The notes under the pieces are model-generated. The model saw nothing but the letters and a program-made list of their open reading frames with translations, made no database searches and was not told the DNA's origin. A DNA stretch of 63,762 nt, the filler included, from Reticulomyxa filosa (lineage: Eukaryota > Protista > Foraminifera): NCBI GenBank assembly GCA_000512085.1. It is 21 parts of 21 records of this genome, joined end to end, with 100 filler letters (N's around TTAATTAATTAA, not from the genome) between each part and the next. Parts side by side here need not be neighbours in the genome. Positions count along the whole stretch, not along the records: positions 54,315 to 57,977 come from ASPP01025414.1; positions 58,078 to 59,303 come from ASPP01042938.1; positions 59,404 to 62,271 come from ASPP01013203.1; positions 62,372 to 63,762 come from ASPP01001891.1; 17 more parts are not named here. The stretch is one strand, 5' to 3'. Each line of letters opens with the position of its first letter. The first letter of the stretch is position 1. Positions 54,465-63,762 of the stretch are shown piece by piece. A program made the translations under genes and the position numbers.

Positions 54465-57400
54465 GGCCAAAATCAGTGAGGAGTGAAATATGAAGCAAGG
54501 AGTAGTCTGACACCTTCACGCCCTCCCAGTGCAAGAAGTTATTGAAGCTATGAGACATTTGCCACCGTATAAAGCTGATAATCGAATTCTCAAGAATGGT
54601 GGCAACGCAATGATTGAATCATTGGTATTCCTATTTGGTGATGGGCAAACATTGTGCCTATTCCCAAGCCTGATTGACTGAGACGATCCACAAGTCATTC
54701 AATGCGTTATTGGATATATCTGCAGCATATGATAGTGTTTGAAGAAATGGATTGAGATATAAAATGAGAAATAAATTTAAATTAGATTATATTGGTGGAT
54801 TGACAGCTTCTTATCAGATCGACTTGTATAATTCAGATTGGATGGAATTCAATACTGAAGTTCCCAAAGATCGGTTTTATCTCCAATATTGTTCCTGTTG
54901 TACATTAATGATTTACCAACAGTCATTTACAAGTGATGTCGATGAAATGAGTGAGCAATTGCGATCGTTGCAGCAAAGTCGGATGAAGTATCCATTTGAT
55001 CGAATATCACATCCAATCCCAAATGTTCCACCAATGCAAATTGCAATGATGCCATAATCAAATAAATCAATGAGCCAACATCAGATGAAATTTTGTTATC
55101 ATTGGATTTTGATTGCATTGTGATATTTTGTGATGGAAGTACATTCCCGAATCCTGGAATTGTAGCAGGACTTGTCTTTTTTTTAGCAAGAATGAGATCT
55201 TATCCAAGTTAAAATGAGCACCTCGTCCCAAAAGGAACACAAAATATATATATATAAACCCCTCTCATCATTAGCGGCACTCAAAGCCAAAATAGGGGTA
55301 AAAATGCAACGCTAAAGGGAAAGGACGACATGTCCAAATACATTCTCCATGGCGAAACGGCGGAATGAAAGTAAAATGTCAAAAATGGGCGGAAGCCAAA
55401 GGCTTCCGAAACTAAGCGCGAGGAAGCCAAAGGATTCCGAGCGCGGGCAAATTACGAAAACAAAGAAAAAACATTGAAATGTGTTTTTTTTGTCCTCAAC
55501 ATCTTGGAAACCCCCTCAAAAGTGGAAACAGATTGCTACATTCAAAATTTTGTTGAATTACTTGTCTTTTAGGATGCCTCAAACTGAAGAGTATCGTCAA
55601 TAAAGTAAATTAATTGTTTGTTCCATTTATAATTTTCATTCGGTGCGTTTTAAAGTTTTTGTGAAGGCAGCCAGTTGAAATGAATTTCACGCTGTTTTTC
55701 CTTTCGTATTTTGTGGGCTACTAAGTTTCTTAACGAATTTGGAGGACCTGAGATACCAACCAGTTGGAATAAAATCCACAATTTATAAAAGAAATATTAA
55801 AATGTCTTTGTTTATTGTTTTATATTCATTTTTTTCATTATATTTCTTTGTTATTTTAACCTTTTTTTACTTTGGTGTTGTCTCTTTGGTTGGTAAGTAA
55901 GAGTGCATAAGTATGCCTAATGTTGTACTTATTGAGGTATTTTAATCTTAGCACTGTATTCCGTGCTTGGTTAAAATGCTTTTTCCTTTTTCTTTTCGTT
56001 TTGGAATTTCAATATTACAACTTCCTCAACTTAAAAAAAAAAAGGGAACACAGTACTCTAATGAAAACAAACAAAAAATGGAAAAGATCAACAAAACATA
56101 TCAAAAACTCACACACAATCAACAACAACAAGTGAAAAAAAAAATTTTAAGTTTTAATTTAATCTTTGAAATAAAAAAAACAAGTAAATCTCAAAAGTTG
56201 TACGGCGAGATCAATCAACGGTGTGAAAACAAAATTGGCTCTTCCATGTGGAATGGTCAGGGAGAATTACAGGAGCAATACCAATGCTCAACCGAATCCT
56301 CTAAGCCTTGTTTTCGAAGTGTTGAAGTCTCAGTGAAATATTGAGATTCAATTCACCTCTTTTAACAAATTAAAGCAAACTAAACAAAAAATAAAATTAA
56401 ACACTTATTAAAGAAAATCATGTTGTTGCCATTTCAGCTTATTTAATAGAAAAGTTACTAACTTTTGTTCGACATTCTTTCTTGTTGTTTATTTTAGGTG
56501 TTTCGTTTGTTATCTTGTATATCTAATCTCGCGCAAAATCACAATATCAGATATCTGAAAGTTTCAACTAGTAAAAAAGATTTTTTATCACGATAAAAAA
56601 AAAAATTTTACTAGTTAAAAAAAATTTCTTTTTTTAGTAGTTTGAAAGTATTTTCTTTTTATCTTTGTCTTTGTTTCTGTTTTTGTCACAATCTTGTTGA
56701 CGACAAAAATTGTTCATAATGGAATATTAGCTTCGAACTTCTTTCAGATACTGCCAGATGTTGCAGTATTTAGTTGTTCTGTGCTTGCTTTCCTTCAAAA
56801 TATCTCGATGAAGGATTATTTTTTTTCTAGGACTTGTCATTCAGGATCCATGTTTACCACAATGGTTGGAGTTGGAATATCCAATCATGGTATTACAACA
56901 AACATTGGATCAGAGATCGAAGCAATGAAACTTGCATTAATCATTACAGATCACATTGTGGAAGAATTATTATTCTCACTATTGCAAGTTCGTGATTAAT
57001 TCGATATTCAATAAATGAGATTGTATAAATTGCCAACTATGGATTGCCAGAAGATATTGAGCTCATTTAATGAAGATAATACTCCAGAGATCTATTTGAT
57101 TAAAGGTCATTCTGGTATTCCTGGAAATGATGAAGTGGATCTTGTTGCAAATAATGCTCGCAAAAAAGCTCAGCAATTGCAACCAAATTTGATTCAACAA
57201 CATAGATCAGCGGCATTCCTGAATAATCATGGATTAAATTCCTTCTTTACAAAAAAATAGAATATACATTGGATTTGCGAAGGGACTGATATTCCGAGAC
57301 ATGTGACATTTAGCGAACGCAAAATCATTTGTCGATTGATTACTGGCAAAATTGGATTGAATGATTATTTGCATAATGTACAAAGGTCAAATTCTCCTGA

Positions 57401-57560
57401 TTGTATTTGTTGTGATGAAGAAGGGACTGTCGAGCACTTCCTGAAGGAATGTTTGCGGTACAGTGAATTACGTCGTAGTTGGTGGACAAATGTCCAAGAA
57501 TTGCCTCCAGATATCAATGTATTGTCCCTGCCAATGAAACAACTCATTCTTGGGGAATTT
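54465..57560 (+). mobile_element. Heavily deleted RT-RNase H-CCHC non-LTR retrotransposon, interrupted by an insertion
   Basis: EVIEAMRHLPPYKA and LDISAAYDSV (RT); IFCDGS...PGIVAGLV|IQDP, SEIEAM and IKGHSGIPGNDEVD (RNase H); CICC...TVEHFLKEC (zinc knuckle). Confidence 0.85.
55177..56828. mobile_element. 1652-bp non-autonomous insertion flanked by the 10-bp direct repeat AGGACTTGTC
   Basis: Repeat copies at 55167-55176 and 56829-56838. Removing the insert and one copy restores the RNase H frame DGSTFPNPGIVAGLVIQDP. Confidence 0.75.
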
Positions 57561-57564
57561 CAAT

Positions 57565-57977
57565 GGTTTAGATATCTCTACTTTACATTTAATTTCATTT
57601 TCAATCATTTCATAATGTTTTTCAACATCTTTTGGATGCTGCGGTGGTTCTGCAAATGCCTTTGTCAACAGAAATGCTTTATCCGCATCTGATCTTGCCA
57701 CTGAATCGGCTTCCTTGTTCACCAATGTTGCAAATCTTATTGATGTTCAATGCTTTAAATTGTGTGAATAATAAATTCTTTTTGTTGCCTTCATGAAGCG
57801 AATTGATACTGTTTACCATATGTTGATGTTTTTTCGATCGCGATATCCTTTGCAATTCTTGGTAGCTTTTTTATATAGCATCAGATTCCTTGGTATTCTA
57901 TGTTTACGAAACCGGTTTGATCTCTGAACTCTCTTTCGTAATCGACTTAAACTATTACTCCACCATGGCTTGTTGCC
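57565..57977 (-). mobile_element. Opposite-orientation LINE ORF2 linker fragment
   Basis: GNKPWWSNSL...LFTQFKALN...KAFLLTKAFAEPPQ, homologous to KGNKPWWSDSL...LFSQFRSMN in 48395-49041. Confidence 0.75.
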
Positions 57978-59403
57978 NNNNNNNNNNNNNNNNNNNNNNN
58001 NNNNNNNNNNNNNNNNNNNNNTTAATTAATTAANNNNNNNNNNNNNNNNNNNNNNNNNNNNNNNNNNNNNNNNNNNNTTAAAATATTATTGAAAGAAAAT
58101 TGTGGATATTCGTTTTTTTGTCATTTGCAGATTTTACATAGGAAAAAGGTTATTTGTGGCGCGCAAAAACGTAGCAAAAAACATGATAAAAAGATTGAAA
58201 TAACATGTTTTAAATTTTTGAATGTCAATTTATATTATTGTTCATTTAAAGGATTTGTGTTTGGGAGAACATTAATATCCAAGAGGAAGATTTTGACATA
58301 CCTTTTTTGAAATTTGTTTGTGAGTATTTCTATTAGATTTTTCATGTTGTACTTATAAAAAGTACAAACTTTAATTTGTTTAAAGAAAGAAAAATATTGC
58401 TTTTTTTGGAAATAAAAATTCATTTTACACAGAGGGTTTGTTGCATAGACAAAATTGTCTGATTTTACTCACAGAAATACATTTCAAGTGTATTTTTTGG
58501 ATCAAAAATATTTATTATTAATGAATATTATAAAATATTTTGAAACATAATATCATTTCCTTATTGCTGACAATTGCAAAAAATAGATGTAATTATCTTG
58601 GAAAATAAATATTACAAATATCATAATTATTATAAATACTTGCTTTGAAAAGCGATATTTGTTATGTTGTATTTCTCAATAGCAAAAGCAACAATAAGTT
58701 TGTAGAATGAATAAACAAGATATAGAATATCTTTTTTAAACACCATTCCTGCTATTTTTAAAATTGTTTCTTTTTAAATGATAAAAAAAGTCTTTTGTGC
58801 TATTCAAATCTCTATCTCGTTGATTTTCACATTTTTCACAACGATTAAAAATAATTCAAACACGTTTAATATTTTTATACTAAACATGAATTGGATCACA
58901 TCCAGACGTGGAGGTTAGATTCACTTTCCAAAAAGGGATACATATTTGGTTTGATTTATTTTGGAATTAATAAATATCATGTAAAAAAAAATGAATCTTA
59001 ACATTTGATACAATGAATGAAGTTCCCTTTTTAAAGTAAACATTCTCAAATAGTTTGTCAAATAAACAAAAACAAACTAACAAAATTTTGAAACGAAATA
59101 ATTCCGAACACATCATTGGCTCAATAAAAATAAATCAATGACAATCAATTCCTTTTCACATTCAACACACTTTCACTTCACTCTCAAACAATCTTCACCT
59201 GGAGGCACTGTTTCAAAAAACAATTGAGCATCTTCTTCATTCAAACATTGCACAGCTGGATTATATTTATCTTGTTCCAATCGTATTTGTATCTTCCATT
59301 TGTNNNNNNNNNNNNNNNNNNNNNNNNNNNNNNNNNNNNNNNNNNNNTTAATTAATTAANNNNNNNNNNNNNNNNNNNNNNNNNNNNNNNNNNNNNNNNN
59401 NNN

Positions 59404-60455
59404 GGGAGGAAGGAGAAAAGTTTGGGGAAAAGAAAAAAAAAAATGATAATAATAATGATTTTAATTTTGTGAGTTTGAAACTCTGAGACAGACGATTGGA
59501 CACATTTTCGATGCCACTTATGTGATACTGCATTGCGACAGTCCATGCATTTGACAATCTTTATACGTGTGTGATTATAACTTTACAACAACACACACAC
59601 ACATATACACACAAATGAAAGAAAAACAAGTGGAAAAGGGCAGCAATAATAACAATAATTATTGGTAATAAAAACAAACTTGTGATGGACACAAAATGGC
59701 CGAGACAACAAAACACGACACCAAGCTCAGGACAATGGTCCCTACGATAACGTGGATCACAGCATAGTAAAACAACAAGGGTGAGTGCTCACGGCAACTT
59801 GGACTTTCATCAACAAGAGCTATCGTTCCAAGCAATAACCACACGAATCCTAACGCACTGCTACATGCACACGACCACTTTGTCCCTTTTTCCCCCCCCC
59901 CCCCCCAATTTGTCGAAGTTGGGTAGTGAGATTTCTGAGTTACCAAAAAAAAAACTTACTTTGGATTGATGATATCCATCCTGATGTATTCATGTCCCCA
60001 GAACATGACCCACCCCTTTCAAAGTCGTCGGTGTTGCTGTTTTGAAATGGAATCCCTCTGTCACTTCCTATTTGCTGCTTCCTTTTTTTTCCATGGTCCA
60101 CATTTGCTTCGATTTCTAATGACGTTCTACAATTGCTTTCCACTACCTCATACGCCATGTGACTGTCCTGTTGTTCGTGTCCTTCAAATACATACGATCC
60201 AAATAATCCTCTTGTTTCCACATTCGGACATGAATCTCGCAAAACGCTCCACACGTACGACAACAAGCCAATCAAATACTTAATTAAGCTCCAAACAACT
60301 AAAAAACGACTGCACGAAGCACGTTGCCAATGTACTGCTGTCATCAACATGTCCAGTGCTATCACTGATGACACAAATATCAATATATAAAATCGCCCAC
60401 ATCCTGTATTTGAAGAAGCCCAATTTTTGGGCTCTCGATAGACTGGATGTTGCAT
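59404..60455 (-). CDS. Hypothetical multi-pass membrane protein, 3' partial
   Basis: Four TM-like segments over ORFs 59940-60455 and 59659-59946. Confidence 0.5.
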
Positions 60456-60832
60456 TTGGGGGGTACTCGAACTTTGCCTCTTTTCTTACGAATCACAAAA
60501 AATTCTGAAAAGTACAAACGTTATTTGAATACAATCCAAACTTGTCTCATTACATGGCTTTGACAAAACAAATAATTAAGTAACTGATATACAGACGTAT
60601 CTTGTCAAGTTTTTTAAAAATAAAGATTTTGAATAATGCTGATGCAAGTTTATGTGTGCTGTTGATTTAATTGGAAAACATATTTCATAGTGATGAAAAA
60701 CTCGATAGCGATTCATTTTTGCAACATTTCGGACATATTTGGACTTTGTTTTGTTTGAAGCAATTAACAAAGCAAATAAGATAAAATAAAAAAGGGATTT
60801 TATTAATAAATGGCCAAATCGAAAAAACCTTA

Positions 60833-62271
60833 TCAGTCTTGGATATCGATTTCGTCTTTATTTCTAAAGTTCTTAGTCGATTGAGCTTGTCCGGAAAACA
60901 CAGTGAGTGGAATTTGTTTGACTTCAAGTTCCATGTGTTCATCGGCTTCATTATCTAACGTGATTTCATTGGAATCAGTATTGTTTTGATCGATATTTTG
61001 TGGTTTATTTGTGTCAAATTCATCCATGACAATATCAATTTCATTTTTGTCTTTGTGTTCTTTCAATGCATTTTGTTCCAGCATGGCCATGTCATCTATT
61101 GCACGTGCATTGTTCTCCGTAGCAGCTGACGGTGCTTGCTGCAAAGATTCTTTTTTGGTCTCCGCAGATGGTTTTTCATTGGATAGCAAGGTGTCAAAGT
61201 TTTTAGAAAATGAGACTTGAGTGTATTGAACATCAACACTTCGACGCACTCGAAGCATTTCCTTGAAGGTATCTTCATTGCCGTAATTGACTTCAAATTC
61301 ATACCATTGATTCCAATAGTCCTCATATTTTTTCGGGTCGGCAAATTGCGCCCCATATTGATAAATGCTACGACAACGATCAATTTCGTGAAGTTTTAAT
61401 TCCAAAGTGATATAAGATAAGCACATATCAGCCAAATATTTTTCTTCCAAGCTCTGTATACACACATACATACATACTTATGTATGTATGTATACGTATA
61501 TGAATATATTTATAGAAAAAGATAACTTTGATTGCTTTTTCATAAATTTCTCTTGTTCTGGTAATTCCAAAGAGATCGGCAGCTCGATTGATGTAAATGT
61601 GGTACATTAATTTTTTGGCATCTCCAGTGAGATGATTGCATGCCCGGTCGTATACGCGCATGGCGTGGCGAGCAAAACCAAACTGTTCCTCGACGCGTGC
61701 GTAGAGCAAATAAAAGTCCTGCGCGTGTTCGGACGGACAGTCTTTGAGGCATTGTTCGAATAGGTCTCTGCATCGCTCCAATTTGGTGCCTTTGTAGCGA
61801 TTGATGAATTTGTACAAGTACGTTTTCCAAATGGGCAAGACATGCGGATAGCCAAACAAGTTGATGCCGCGCTCAAATACTTTGAACGAGTCTTCAAAGT
61901 ATTCATATCGTTCCAGTAGATTCGCATAATTCAATATTATTTGAGGAGAGGCTACCCTCAAGTTAATGATCGTATCATACACAGCACGAGTTTCTTCCAA
62001 TGTGCCCATACTCTCCTTTTTTTTTTTTTTTTTTTTTTTGCTTTTAAAAAGAATTTTTTAAATAATTTTTTTATTTTTCAAAAAAAAAAAAAAAGAATAG
62101 ATAAAACTTCAATGTCAGCCATAAAAGCCCAAATTTTTTTGGACTGATGCAACCTCTCTTGGACAGTTAATTGTGTTTCCATTTTTTTTCGATTGAGTTT
62201 CAATTTCTCATCGCTTGGCAATGTGGTGGCATCTCTCATCACTTGCCTGCATTCATCATATTTCTTATGGC
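60833..62271 (-). CDS. SYF1: Pre-mRNA splicing factor SYF1/XAB2 (HAT repeats), C-terminal half
   Basis: WAFMADIE|ESMGTLEETRAVYD...ASPQIILNYA...FERGINLF.YPHV, KLERCRDLFEQCL, FEVNYGNEDTFKEMLRVRRSV. Introns 62016-62107 and ~61453-61527. Confidence 0.95.
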
Positions 62272-63181
62272 NNNNNNNNNNNNNNNNNNNNNNNNNNNNN
62301 NNNNNNNNNNNNNNNTTAATTAATTAANNNNNNNNNNNNNNNNNNNNNNNNNNNNNNNNNNNNNNNNNNNNAACAATGAGTAAAATGATTGACTATTTCT
62401 ATGTTTAAATCAATGATATCATTCTATTTTTTGATAGAATTTATATTATGACCAGTTCAAAATTAGTGTGCAAATACTCAATAAAGGGAATCAATGATTG
62501 TTATGCAATATGTTTGGTTTTAAATGATTTATGAAATAAAAAAAGATTATTGCATTAAATTACTGTCATTAGCAGTGAAAATTATTGTAATTAAGTTTAG
62601 GAATTTATTAATGACGAATTATATATATTTTTACTTTTATTTAAACTTTTAAAAAAATAGTGATTATATAACAATAACAAAGGTTGTTTGTAAAAAAAGA
62701 AATTTAATATCATTACTAGCAACAACAGCGAATCTTTAAGAAAACAATAAGTATAATTTTGATTGTAAAATGATTTGATTAGTTTATTCAAACACATTTG
62801 TGGACATGAATATTGACTACTCAGTGATATATATCAACTGTTTCTTTGTTTTCAAAGAAATAGTTTGCATAAATTAGAATACTTCGATGCACAACATTCC
62901 ATCATTTTATTTAAATTTGGATAGTTTTTCAATATTTCTTCATATTATTGCTTATCCAATCCAGATTGTCATCTTCGCAAATTTATCAATATATCCATTC
63001 ATTTGCCCTTTTGAAAAAGGCAGCAAACGTTTCGTTGATGTTGTTATTATGTTTTTTGATCCAATTCAAACATGTTGAATATGTCACTGTTATTATTATT
63101 ATTATTTTTATCATATTTATCAAATATTTCATCAAACCCATCCAAAATAAATAATCTTTCATTTCCTTTTAAACTAGTGGT

Positions 63182-63565
63182 TTAACAGATGTAGTTTCGA
63201 ATTTCTCTTAAATCTCCAATACTCTTTATTTTGTTTGCTTTCGATTCATAAGACAATCCAGATTTGATTGCATATGAAGATTGATAATTATTAGCCTTCA
63301 CAGGTATTGAATCATCACTTGCATAAAACACTGCTTTGACAATGGATGCGATTGTTGCTTTTTTACAATCAGGACAATTAAAAGATATCCTGTGTGATAA
63401 AAAAGTAATGTTATTAAATCCAATATTCACCCACACTGGCAACTTGGCTTTTGATGCTAAACAGGTTTCATTTGCGCAATATCCTTGCAAATCAATCCCT
63501 CCAACTTCTGTTTTTTTCGTTTCCTTTTTGACATTTTTGTTATTATTGTCGTTGACTTCATTCAT
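63182..63565 (-). CDS. Hypothetical Cys-motif protein, possibly a decayed member of a lineage-specific family
   Basis: GIDLQGYCANETC...VWVNIGF...FNCPDC, a putative zinc-binding motif. The frame degenerates downstream. Confidence 0.4.
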   Translation of the reverse strand: MNEVNDNNNKNVKKETKKTEVGGIDLQGYCANETCLASKAKLPVWVNIGFNNITFLSHRISFNCPDCKKATIASIVKAVFYASDDSIPVKANNYQSSYAIKSGLSYESKANKIKSIGDLREIRNYIC

Positions 63566-63762
63566 TGCATTTCCTTGTTCTTGTTTCTATTTATCATTTC
63601 AAACCAGAAGCAAAGATGCAATAAGTACAACTAAAACAAATAGCTGTATGTATTACCTCGTTGCATTTTATTTCTGATTCTGATGTATCCTTTATGTATA
63701 TCATATATTAGCAATACTCATAAAATAGAATAACATATTATTTGAATACCTCTTTAATCACC

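Noticed and set aside
55200-55460. Hammerhead ribozyme or Helitron terminus in the insertion
   Set aside because: There is no CUGANGA plus GAAA core in a workable arrangement, and Helitrons do not make 10-bp target duplications.

Overview
This window is not one locus. It is about 21 short contigs joined by artificial 100-nt spacers (N44-TTAATTAATTAA-N44), so adjacency across spacers means nothing. Nearly all contigs are AT-rich, intron-containing protist DNA. The lineage-expanded WD40, HEAT/ankyrin and RNF213-like families resemble those I recall from the foraminiferan Reticulomyxa filosa (inference, not database-checked). Recognisable genes are RFT1, EXO1, SYF1/XAB2, an arylsulfatase, THUMP, RGS, SAP and PDZ-like domain proteins, a prominin-like protein, WD40 genes and pseudogenes, Rab fragments and three APE/RT/RNase H non-LTR retrotransposon remnants. 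One contig (33892-38051) is bacterial, probably an endosymbiont or contaminant. It carries ends or remnants of three IS families (ISAs1, IS1595, IS4) around two orphan heptad-repeat proteins. The most interesting signals are: (1) many introns have reversed composition, with a poly(A) run directly against the 3' AG and often a poly(U) run after the 5' GT, while others carry complementary microsatellite hairpins, suggesting structure-assisted splicing without a polypyrimidine tract; (2) a 1.65-kb hairpin-bearing, apparently non-coding insertion with a 10-bp target-site duplication splits a LINE RNase H domain; (3) the IS-bracketed bacterial coiled-coil/hydrophobic-hairpin gene pair.
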